Assembly (NCBI GenBank): GCA_021801925.1 | Contig: JAKABH010000003.1 | Span: forward strand, 1-62,538 | Direction of reading: 5' to 3' | Length of the DNA: 62,538 nucleotides | Source of the DNA: Thermoplasmata archaeon | GTDB taxonomy: Archaea > Thermoplasmatota > Thermoplasmata > Lutacidiplasmatales > UBA184 | Part shown: positions 45,599 through 53,694 of the stretch, one piece after another | Layout of the letters: each line of letters begins with the position of its first letter | Numbering within the stretch: position 1 is the first letter of the stretch | Program-made: the position numbers and the translations under genes | The notes under the pieces: model-generated | Database searches by the model: none | What the model was told of the DNA's origin: nothing | The model's input: the letters and a program-made list of their open reading frames with translations, nothing else

Positions 45599-47164
45599 GT
45601 GAGCCTTCACAAATCGTGCCTTGACGGAGGCGAGAGCGCTCCGGCCCATGAACCTGTCGCGGCACTCGTGACGGGACCCGGGGAACTTGGGGGTCCCGCC
45701 CCCGGGAGAAATGGGTCCGCTGCTCCCCGCACGAGTCGATCGCCCACCTCCGCGAACGGGATCGACCGCATCCGCGCCGTCGCATGGACGCTCGCCAGCG
45801 CCGCCGTCCGCACTGCGCCCACGAGCGCTCGGCTCCCTCCGCTCACCTTCCGCTTCCCGGCGATGTGGAACCTCAGCCCCTGCTCCGCCGCATTGCTCTG
45901 CGCGAGTCCGCCCGTCCCGACCCACGTCCACAGTTCCTCGCCCCGGTCGACGAGGTACTTCCTCAGCTTACGCGCAGGTTCCCCGTCGACCTCTCGAACG
46001 AGCAGCCGATCGACCCGACGGCGGACCTCGGCCACCTTCCGGTCCCGCTCCTTCCCCCTCGGCAACTTCGCGGTCTTCAGCACGGCCTCGGCGGCCGACT
46101 TCACCGACTTGAGCCACCGCCAGTCCGGGGCGTCCGAGATCGTCTCGTAGCCGAGCAGCCCCTCCTTCGCGTGCCGTCGGATGTGCACCCAGTCCCGCTG
46201 CAGCCGCTTCTTCCCTTTCAGCGGGTTGAAGCACGTCCCTCCGTCACAGACCACCGTCTGTCCCGGGTTCCCCGAGAGCACCTGCTCGGGCACCTGGTGT
46301 CCGCCCGAGCGGTCCACGACGAACAGCGCCGCCTTGATCTCGGGCGCGATGAAGTCCCACAGGAAGTGGTTCACTCCGTCCACCCTCCAGCCGGTGTTGT
46401 CGACGACCACTTCCCTCCCCTCTCGAATCGCCGCGGTGATCGCCTCGACAGCCGGGGCGAACAGCTTTCCCGCCCGGACCAGCATCTTGTCGACCTCGCC
46501 CAGCGAGACCTTCTGGCCGTAGTCCGACTCGAGGAGCATCAGGATCCTGCTGTGGGTCAACCCGACCGCGTGCCACCCCGCCACGAGGAAGTGAGTCCCC
46601 CAGCAGAAACGACTCTTCGGGGGAGCGGCTCGGCCCGGAACCGTCGCCGCCGAGAGCCTTCGGCACTTCCCGCAACGGTAGTGCGCCACCCGATAGTGGC
46701 GGTGCTCGACATGGCCCGGGACGAGCTTGTCGACCCAGCGGTCGGTCCAGACGAACGGCTCCCCGAGCTTTTCGCCACATGCACAGTGGCGGAGCTTCAG
46801 GGCGAGCTCGACGTCCGCGCTCTCCCCGGAGGGGGCGGGGCGATGGTGCGCTTCGTGGCCCTCCTTGGCCCCGGGCTTGTTCCGCTCTCCTTCAGGAGGC
46901 TTGGGAGTGTTCGCCTTCGCCCAGGGGGGTGGAGGAGGGCGACGGCCCTGTTCCCGGAAGGCGGCCTCCAGCACCTCTACTCGGGCACGGAGGCGCTCGT
47001 CCTCGGCCAAGTGAGCGGCCCATTGCTCCTCGGTGAAGACGATCTGGCGCGGCGCACCGAACCGAGGCACGCCGAGAGGTCAAGGGCTTCCCGGAAAAAT
47101 AGTCGTCGGTCCAGAGGAAGCGGGGGTCACCGGGCTCTCGTCAGGCCGGTTCGTGAAGGCTCAC
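45599..47164 (-). mobile_element. Intact single-ORF IS66-family insertion sequence (1566 bp)
   Basis: Terminal inverted repeats: GTGAGCCTTCAC at 45599-45610 and its exact reverse complement at 47153-47164. Imperfect extension to about 30 bp (AAATCGTGCCTTGACGGAG vs GAACCGGCCTGACGAGAG). Flanked by an 8-bp direct repeat, the TSD length characteristic of IS66. Confidence 0.85.
45607..47070 (-). CDS. IS66-family transposase (TnpC-type)
   Basis: ORF 45607..47070. N-terminal leucine-zipper-like helix, zinc-finger region (CACGEKL...YRCGKCRR), DDE core (VVVDNTGW.., VVCDGGTCF) and the family signature AQSNAAEQGLRFHIAGKRKVSGGSRS-like motif. Confidence 0.85.
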   Translation of the reverse strand: MPRFGAPRQIVFTEEQWAAHLAEDERLRARVEVLEAAFREQGRRPPPPPWAKANTPKPPEGERNKPGAKEGHEAHHRPAPSGESADVELALKLRHCACGEKLGEPFVWTDRWVDKLVPGHVEHRHYRVAHYRCGKCRRLSAATVPGRAAPPKSRFCWGTHFLVAGWHAVGLTHSRILMLLESDYGQKVSLGEVDKMLVRAGKLFAPAVEAITAAIREGREVVVDNTGWRVDGVNHFLWDFIAPEIKAALFVVDRSGGHQVPEQVLSGNPGQTVVCDGGTCFNPLKGKKRLQRDWVHIRRHAKEGLLGYETISDAPDWRWLKSVKSAAEAVLKTAKLPRGKERDRKVAEVRRRVDRLLVREVDGEPARKLRKYLVDRGEELWTWVGTGGLAQSNAAEQGLRFHIAGKRKVSGGSRALVGAVRTAALASVHATARMRSIPFAEVGDRLVRGAADPFLPGAGPPSSPGPVTSAATGSWAGALSPPSRHDL

Positions 47165-47172
47165 CCCGAAAC
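47165..47172. repeat. Target-site duplication (right copy) of the IS66-family element
   Basis: CCCGAAAC, identical to 45591-45598. Confidence 0.8.
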
Positions 47173-47198
47173 GGATTGTGGGGTCGAGCCCACTGGGC

Positions 47199-47882
47199 TC
47201 ACTTGGCGATCAGGGGGAGCACGCCCGTGAGATCCCGCGCGCTCTCGCACGGCTCCGGCGGGGGCCTCCCCGATCGGTTCAGCCAGACGGCACGCATGCC
47301 GATCCGCGACGCGCCCAGATAGTCCGCGACCCAGGAGTCTCCCACGTGCAGCGCTTCGGCCGCGGGGCATCGGGCCCGGGCCAAAGCGAGGTGGAAGGCG
47401 GCGGGCGCGGGTTTCTCCGCCCCCGCTTCCTGCGTGAAGGTCACGCTGCGGAAGAACCGGTCCCACCCGCGGCGGGCGATCGTTTCGACGAGCATGTCCG
47501 TGCTGTTCGAGATCAGGTGAACCGGGACCTTGGACTCCGAGAGGGTCTCGAGGACCCGCACGGTCTCGGGGTAGACCGGACGCCACTCGGGGGAAGTGAA
47601 CTCGCCATGCAACCGGATCACGATCCGGCCCGACGGGTCGGCGATCCCTAGTTCTCGGAGCGTTTCGATGATGCTCAGGTCCAGGAAGGACGGCGACTGG
47701 CCGAGCTGACGGTAGCGCATCGGTTCGATGCGCGCCGACGCGATACGATCGGCCTCGAGGTACCGCTCCCGGGAGAGTTCGAATCCCTCCGCGCCCAGCA
47801 CCGAGCGAAAGGTCGGGTAGGGGTCCGGAGGCTCGCTCACCAGCGTTCCGCCGAAATCGAGGAAGACCTGCCGGCTCGGCAT
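47199..47882 (-). CDS. HAD-superfamily hydrolase (subfamily IA-like)
   Basis: ORF 47199..47882. Motif I VFLDFGGTL, motif II HLISNS, motif III/IV EKPAPAAF..LHVGDSWVADYLGA. Confidence 0.8.
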   Translation of the reverse strand: MPSRQVFLDFGGTLVSEPPDPYPTFRSVLGAEGFELSRERYLEADRIASARIEPMRYRQLGQSPSFLDLSIIETLRELGIADPSGRIVIRLHGEFTSPEWRPVYPETVRVLETLSESKVPVHLISNSTDMLVETIARRGWDRFFRSVTFTQEAGAEKPAPAAFHLALARARCPAAEALHVGDSWVADYLGASRIGMRAVWLNRSGRPPPEPCESARDLTGVLPLIAK

Positions 47883-48179
47883 GCAGCACCGCGTAGCTCG
47901 GCGCGGTTATAGCACGAATTGCCACCGGCGGCATGGGCAAGGTCCTCGGTTGGGCCCGATGGGGGTCGGGCTCCCGTCAAGACTCGTCACACCCGTGGGG
48001 TTTTGGCCCCTCGGACGTACGACGGCTCCCCTACCTCGAGCTGGGGGCCCTCCCGCTGCTCTCCGCCGTCCGGGCCGCTGCGCTCCGGCGGCCCCCGGTG
48101 GATAGGGAACCCCGGCCCGGGCGAGGGGGGACGAGCGGGGGTGGGCCCGGCCCCCCGCCCGGGGGGCGGTGTCGCCCCG

Positions 48180-48944
48180 TCACTCGTACGACAGTTCCGA
48201 GCGGAGGTAGGCCCGGACGGCAAGGTAGAGGATCACCACGCTCTCCACGGCGAGGAGGAGGAGCTGGTAGCCGTCGGTCGCCGTGAGCGATCCCGCATAC
48301 GCGCCGCGGACAGCGTCGGCGACGTAGGTGAGCGGATTGATCCGGAACAGGACCTGGAGGGCGACGGGCAGCCCGGCCGACAGCGGATAGAAGACGGTGC
48401 TCGCGAAGTTGACGACGAAGATCAGCAGGATCTGGATGCTGTTGTAGGCGGTGTTCGACTTCACGAGGGCGCCGAGGAGCAGCATCAGCGACCCGAAGAA
48501 GATCGAGCCGAGGACGATCACCCCGAACATGAGGCCGAGGGCGAGGGGCGAGGTGGGGCCGGTGCCGAGGAGGAGCCACGCCACGCCGAGCATCACGGCG
48601 GAGCCGCCGAGGCCGAAGAGGAGGCTCGTCAGCATGATCCCGAGCAGGTACTCGAGGCGGGTGAACGGGCCGGAAAGGAGCTGGGCGAACATCCCCCACC
48701 GGCGGTCGGCCCAGAGGATACTGCCCCCCACGGTGCCGGCCATCACGACCTGGAACGACAGGATCCCCGGCGTGAGGAAGGCGAGGTAGTTGCCGCTCCC
48801 CGCGGCGCCGGAGAGCGACTGGAAGCCGAAGCCGAAGAAGATGAGGTAGAGGGCCGGCAGCCCGACGAGGATGATGAGGCTCCCCGGGTCGGTGTTGACC
48901 CGGATGTTCCGGTAGATCAGCCGGAGCAGCTTAGGGAGCGGCAC
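48180..48944 (-). CDS. ABC-2 type transporter permease
   Basis: ORF 48180..48944. Six hydrophobic segments. Overlaps the upstream ATPase gene by 14 nt. Confidence 0.8.
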   Translation of the reverse strand: MPLPKLLRLIYRNIRVNTDPGSLIILVGLPALYLIFFGFGFQSLSGAAGSGNYLAFLTPGILSFQVVMAGTVGGSILWADRRWGMFAQLLSGPFTRLEYLLGIMLTSLLFGLGGSAVMLGVAWLLLGTGPTSPLALGLMFGVIVLGSIFFGSLMLLLGALVKSNTAYNSIQILLIFVVNFASTVFYPLSAGLPVALQVLFRINPLTYVADAVRGAYAGSLTATDGYQLLLLAVESVVILYLAVRAYLRSELSYE

Positions 48945-49926
48945 GGCCCTCCGCGGGGTGGGCGACCGATTTCAGGAAGACGTCCTCGAGCGTGTTCGGC
49001 CGCACCGCGAGCCACTCGATCTGGGCGGCCCGGTGCTGGGCGAGCGCCGCGATCGTGGAGAGCGCCCGCTTCGGATCGTCGGTGAGGATCACCCCGGACG
49101 ACCCGGTCGCGGTCACCGTCGTGTCGGCGCCGAGCTCGCGGCCGAGCGCGGCGAAGAACCCGGGTCCGTCGGCGCCGCCGATCGTGAGATCGACCGTCTT
49201 CTTGCCGCCGTAGAGCCGCTTCAGGTTCTCGACCGTGTCGAGGACCAGGATCCGTCCCTCGTCGAGGACGGCGACCCGGTCGCAGAGATAGTCGGCTTCC
49301 TCGAGGTTGTGGGTGGTGAAGACCACGGTGAGGCCGCGGCGCACCTCCGCCCGGAGGGAGTCGAGGAGCGTGCGGCGCATCAGGATGTCGAGGCCGACGG
49401 TCGGCTCGTCGAGGAAGAGGATGTCCATGTCGTGCATGAACTCCTTCGCCACCTGGACCCGCCGCTTCTGTCCTCCCGAGATGTCGAACGCCCGGCGCTT
49501 GCGGATGTCGGTGAGCCCGAACCGTTCGAGCAGCGCCTCCCGCCGTCGCCGGCGTTCGGCCCGCGGGACCCCCCAGAGCATCCCGTAGACGTCCAGGTTC
49601 CCTTCGACGCTCGTGAAGTCGAACGACTCGGCCTGCTGGACGACCCCGATCCGCTCCCGGATCCGGGTCCCCTCGCGCGCCGGGTCCATGCCGAGGACGC
49701 GGAGGGTCCCCGACGTCACCTCGACCAGCGTCGTCATCGCCTTGATGAGCGTCGACTTCCCGGCGCCGTTGCGCCCGAGGAGCCCGAAGACCTCCCCGCG
49801 CTGGACGGCGAAGTCGACCCCGGCGAGCGCGAACCGCTTGCGGTCGTACGAGTAGCGGACGTCCTGCGCCAGAATCACCGGCTCTCCCGCGGGGGGCAGC
49901 GGCCGAGCGGGCGCGGTGGACTGCAC
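48931..49926 (-). CDS. ABC transporter ATP-binding protein (DrrA/ABC-2 type)
   Basis: ORF 48931..49926. Walker A GRNGAGKST, signature ISGGQKRRV, Walker B ILFLDEPTVGLD. Confidence 0.9.
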   Translation of the reverse strand: MQSTAPARPLPPAGEPVILAQDVRYSYDRKRFALAGVDFAVQRGEVFGLLGRNGAGKSTLIKAMTTLVEVTSGTLRVLGMDPAREGTRIRERIGVVQQAESFDFTSVEGNLDVYGMLWGVPRAERRRRREALLERFGLTDIRKRRAFDISGGQKRRVQVAKEFMHDMDILFLDEPTVGLDILMRRTLLDSLRAEVRRGLTVVFTTHNLEEADYLCDRVAVLDEGRILVLDTVENLKRLYGGKKTVDLTIGGADGPGFFAALGRELGADTTVTATGSSGVILTDDPKRALSTIAALAQHRAAQIEWLAVRPNTLEDVFLKSVAHPAEGRAAP

Positions 49927-50061
49927 GCTCCCCTTTCAGGGGACTTCGGTCATAAGGGGAGCGCACGACCGGCGAGCCCCGGTCGAGTCCGTCCCCCGGT
50001 TCCGGCGGGCGCGGCCCATCGCAATCGGCCGCGAGACCGGCCCCGAGTCCGCCGCGGGCGG

Positions 50062-51030
50062 CTAGAACCGGTCGCCGCCCTGGCAGAGGAACGCCGGGTC
50101 GGTCGTGGCGAATCGCCGCACGGCGTCGGCGGGCCGCCACGGGCGTCCCCGGTCCCGGGCGAGGAACCGCCACCAGTTCACCGGGGAGCGGGCCCACTCG
50201 CGGGTCGGGAACAGCTCCGGGTGATCGGCGACGACGGAATGCTGGAACGCCACCACCCCATCCTCGGCGACGCGGGCAACCGCGTCGACGAGCGCGCGGC
50301 GGACCGCCGGGCTCTCGGCGACGACCTCGTCGCAGATGGTCCGGAACGGGGTCCGGGAGAGATGGGCGTAGCCGACCGGCTTTCGGTCGCGGACGGCGAC
50401 CAGCAGGTCGCGCGGGGGGCTCAGCTCCCCGAGCCGGATCTGAAGTCGCAGCCGCCCGGGGGCGCGGCGGAAGCCGAGCCGGTCCCGGACGAACCGTTGG
50501 TGAAGCTCCTCCAGGAGACCCGCGTCGCGGGGCCGGCCCGGTCGGACGGAGATCGCCCCCCGCGCCCGGGCCGGTCGGTCGCCGGCGGGTCGCGGCGGGC
50601 GGACGGCCCAGGGGGAGGAGTAGACGTCCCGGTAGCCGAGCTCCTGATACAGCCGGTAGGCACCCCACGACGCATTCGTCCAGAGCGTCACGTGTCGGAT
50701 CCCGGCGCCCTCCTCCCGGGCGTGGGCCTCCGCGAGGAGCGACCGGGCGATCCCCGTTCGGGCCCGACCGGGATGCGTGGAGAGCGCCGCCAGCCCCGCC
50801 ACCGTCTCGATCCCTTCGCGGAACGCATACGGGAACCGCACGACGGAGAGCTGGCCGACCACGCGGTCGCGATCGACCGCATGGAGCGAGACGTACTCCG
50901 GCTCGGGGAAGACCCGGCGGCGCTTTTCGACGAGCGTCCGCGGGACGGCCACACCGAATGCCGCGAGCGACAGCAGCGCCCGATCGGCGTGCTGGCGGTC
51001 GGTGAGGTCGTCGAACGGGACGATGCGCAC
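50062..51030 (-). CDS. GNAT-family acetyltransferase (two-domain, Eis-like architecture)
   Basis: ORF 50062..51030. Motif: VVGQLSVVRFPY..ETVAGLAALSTHPGRARTGIARSLLAEAH..GAYRLYQELGY. Confidence 0.65.
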   Translation of the reverse strand: MRIVPFDDLTDRQHADRALLSLAAFGVAVPRTLVEKRRRVFPEPEYVSLHAVDRDRVVGQLSVVRFPYAFREGIETVAGLAALSTHPGRARTGIARSLLAEAHAREEGAGIRHVTLWTNASWGAYRLYQELGYRDVYSSPWAVRPPRPAGDRPARARGAISVRPGRPRDAGLLEELHQRFVRDRLGFRRAPGRLRLQIRLGELSPPRDLLVAVRDRKPVGYAHLSRTPFRTICDEVVAESPAVRRALVDAVARVAEDGVVAFQHSVVADHPELFPTREWARSPVNWWRFLARDRGRPWRPADAVRRFATTDPAFLCQGGDRF

Positions 51031-51254
51031 GGGCGGAGGATGACGGGGCTCCCCTTAGTCCTGCGCGTCGCCGCGCGGGCTTCGAGATCGGGCGCGGGCC
51101 GGCCGCCTCCTCCGCCGGGAAGGACCGGCGTCACCGCCTCCGCTCCGTCCGGAGCGATCGTCCGTCGGGGCGGTTTCGGCCCCCGGATCGGAAGCGTTCG
51201 TCCCGGCGAGGGGGGTCGAAGGCTCGATAAGGGGGGGTGGCCTGCGTCCGAGGC

Positions 51255-51923
51255 ATGACGTCGCTCGCGGAGATCGAACGCCACATCGCCGACCGGCACC
51301 TCCTCAAGCATCCGTTCTACACGGCGTGGTCCCGCGGCGAGCTGCCGATCGAGACGCTCCGCAGTTACGCCGGCCAGTACTACCATTTCGAGGCGAACTT
51401 CCCGCGGTACGTCGCCGCCGCCTACGCCCGCCTCCTCCGCTCCCGCGACCGCCGGGTCCTGCTCGAGAACCTGATCGACGAGGAGGGACGGGCCCCGACG
51501 CACCCCGAGATGTGGGTCGACTTCGCCCGCGGGATCGGGGCCCGGTGGCCGGCCCGCACCCCGCCGACGCCGTTCGCGCCGACCGCCCGCCTGCTCGAGA
51601 CGTACGAGCGGCTCACCCTCGGGCCCCGGGCATCGCCCGCCGGGGCGCTCGGGGCGTTGTATGCCTACGAGCGGCAGTTCCCCGAGGTGGCGCGGGAGAA
51701 GTCCCGCGGCCTGCGCGCCCACTACGGGATCTCCGCCCGTCCGGCGCACGAGTTCTTCCGGGTCCACACGACCGCCGATGTCGAGCACGCCCGCGCCGAG
51801 CGGGAGATCCTCCGCCGGGAGCTCGCGGGCGGTGGAGCGGCGCCCGCCGCCGCCCTCGCCGGGGTCGACCAGACCCTCGCCGCCTGGTGGCGGTTCCTGG
51901 ACGGCTTCGGGATCGCCCCGTAG
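51255..51923 (+). CDS. CADD/PqqC/TenA-like heme-oxygenase-fold di-iron protein
   Basis: ATG at 51255 with the TATA-like CGATAAGG ~28 nt upstream. Motifs: HPFYTAWSRGELPIETLRSYAGQYYHFEANFPRY, ENLIDEEG..HPEMW, YAYERQ, HTTADVEHA (H-x3-D-x2-H). Confidence 0.7.
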   Translation: MTSLAEIERHIADRHLLKHPFYTAWSRGELPIETLRSYAGQYYHFEANFPRYVAAAYARLLRSRDRRVLLENLIDEEGRAPTHPEMWVDFARGIGARWPARTPPTPFAPTARLLETYERLTLGPRASPAGALGALYAYERQFPEVAREKSRGLRAHYGISARPAHEFFRVHTTADVEHARAEREILRRELAGGGAAPAAALAGVDQTLAAWWRFLDGFGIAP

Positions 51924-51939
51924 GCCGGGTCGCCGCCCG

Positions 51940-53505
51940 CTAGGGCAGGGAGAGGCTCGCCCGCAGCGCCGCGAGCAGGGTCGTCCCGTCCGGGCTCCCC
52001 CATCCGGTACACGGGTTCCAGCCCGGGCCGGCCGAGTAGCCGCCGTTCGAGCCCGAGACGATGCCGTGGAACGTCGCCTCCGCCGCGGGGCGGTACAGCA
52101 GCGGGTTCGCGAAGCCGAGGGGGCGCCCCAGCGCTTGGTTCAGCCGGGCGAACAGCGCGGCCCAGAGCGGCGCGACGGCGCTGGTGCCGCCGATGACCGA
52201 GGGGCTGCCGTCGACGATTACCGCGTAGCCGGTCGTCGGGTCCGCGTCCCCCGCCACGTCCGGGACGCCGCGGCCGGAGCCGCCGGTCGGGGCCAACGGC
52301 ACCCGGACCCCGGCCTGGTAGGCCGGCCGGGGAAAGAGGCGGCTCACGCCGCCGCCGGTTGCCCCGTCTCCGCTCGCGAGGTCGTTCCAGACGACCTCCG
52401 ATTCGATCTCCGTTCCCGAGAGGAGGAGTCGGGTCCCGCCGGCGGCGACCACGTACGGGCTTGACGCCGGGAAGTCGACCTCGAGAGTACCGGCAGTGCC
52501 CCCGTCGGTCGCTCCGCCGTCCCCCGCCGCCGCCGTGACGGTGACGCCGAGGACGGCGGCGTCCTGGAATGCGGACTCGAACGCCGCCGTCGCCTGCGGC
52601 GTCCACGCCGGCTCGGGGCCCCCCCAACTGATCGAGACGATCGAGGCGGTCCGGGTCGGGTTGTGGATCGCCGCGACGACCGCGTCGAGGAAGCCGCGAT
52701 CGGTGTTCGGGGCGAAGTAGGCGGTCAGCTGAGCGCCGGGGGCGCACGACCCCGCCACCTCGAGATCGAGCTCGACCTCGGCATCGGGGCCGTTCGGGTC
52801 TCCCGTCGGCGCGTTCGCCGCCCCGTCGACCGGGACGGCCTCGATCGACGGCACCGGCATCCCGAGGCCGCCGAAGAACGCGGCGAGATCCGCACTCCGA
52901 TAGCCGCCACCGAGCTCGATGACGGCGATCCCCTCGCCCGCCCCGGACGCGGCCGGCGGGAAGGCGTAGGCGGCCGCGACCGCCGTGGGGGGATACGAGC
53001 GGTCGGTCGCCGTCGCCCGGATCCGGCGGCGGAAGTGCGGACGGGCCTGGGGCCGGTTGTCGAGGCCGAAGACGCCGAGGACGATCCCCGACAGTTCCGG
53101 GGGGAGCTGGATCGGGCCGGTCCGGCCCCGATAGCTGCCCTGGTCGTGCGTCCACCGCTGGAGGCGGACCCCGAACGCCTCCTCCATCGAGCGGAGGCCA
53201 CCGACGAGGCTCACGGTCCGGCCGCCCGGATGCTCCCCGACGACCGCGAGGCCGTGGGCCGCCGCGAACGACCGGACCCGGGCGAGGTCGTCCGGGTGCG
53301 CCCCGTGCGCCGCCGCGAACGCGCCCCGGGAGAGGAACCGGCGCCCCCGGGCCGGGCCGGTCGCCGCCTCCAGCGCCGCCTGGAACTCGGCCGGCGTAGA
53401 CCGTCGGCGTACCGACAGGGTCACTTCGACCGGCTCGTCGGGGGACGGGGTGCCGAGCGGCCGCGCGCCCGGCAGCGGCTCCCGATGGCTTCCCAACAGC
53501 TCCAT
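51940..53505 (-). CDS. S53 (sedolisin/kumamolisin-like) serine-carboxyl peptidase with pro-domain
   Basis: ATG at 53505 within ORF 51940..54591. Pro-domain: VTLSVRRRSTPAEF..FLSRGAFAAAHGAHPDDLARVRSFAAAHGL. Catalytic part: GIAVIELGGGY, EVELDLEVA, SISWGGPE, AAAGDGGA, VIGGTSAVAPLWAAL. Confidence 0.8.
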   Translation of the reverse strand: MELLGSHREPLPGARPLGTPSPDEPVEVTLSVRRRSTPAEFQAALEAATGPARGRRFLSRGAFAAAHGAHPDDLARVRSFAAAHGLAVVGEHPGGRTVSLVGGLRSMEEAFGVRLQRWTHDQGSYRGRTGPIQLPPELSGIVLGVFGLDNRPQARPHFRRRIRATATDRSYPPTAVAAAYAFPPAASGAGEGIAVIELGGGYRSADLAAFFGGLGMPVPSIEAVPVDGAANAPTGDPNGPDAEVELDLEVAGSCAPGAQLTAYFAPNTDRGFLDAVVAAIHNPTRTASIVSISWGGPEPAWTPQATAAFESAFQDAAVLGVTVTAAAGDGGATDGGTAGTLEVDFPASSPYVVAAGGTRLLLSGTEIESEVVWNDLASGDGATGGGVSRLFPRPAYQAGVRVPLAPTGGSGRGVPDVAGDADPTTGYAVIVDGSPSVIGGTSAVAPLWAALFARLNQALGRPLGFANPLLYRPAAEATFHGIVSGSNGGYSAGPGWNPCTGWGSPDGTTLLAALRASLSLP

Positions 53506-53694
53506 GCCGCCGCTAGCGCCGGGCGGTATATGGTTCGACGGACGGGCGAGCGTCCTTCGACGGGGAGCGCGCTCCTCCCTCTCCCCCGTGCCGCAGCCGG
53601 CCGGACGCCCCCGATCTCGGTCCGCGAGAGGGCGACCCCCGAGGCGCCCAACCCCCAATCCGGCCGGCCCCGCAGCATTAACCGGACCGGTGCG

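Noticed and set aside
47174-47206. tRNA-Cys 3'-half look-alike (GGGGTCGAGCCC...CTTGGC) at the far end of the 41.5-47.2 kb patch.
   Set aside because: Roughly 18 of 26 positions match, with several gaps. Part of it overlaps the HAD gene's last codons. It is also explained as a small terminator-like hairpin (GTGGG..CCCAC).
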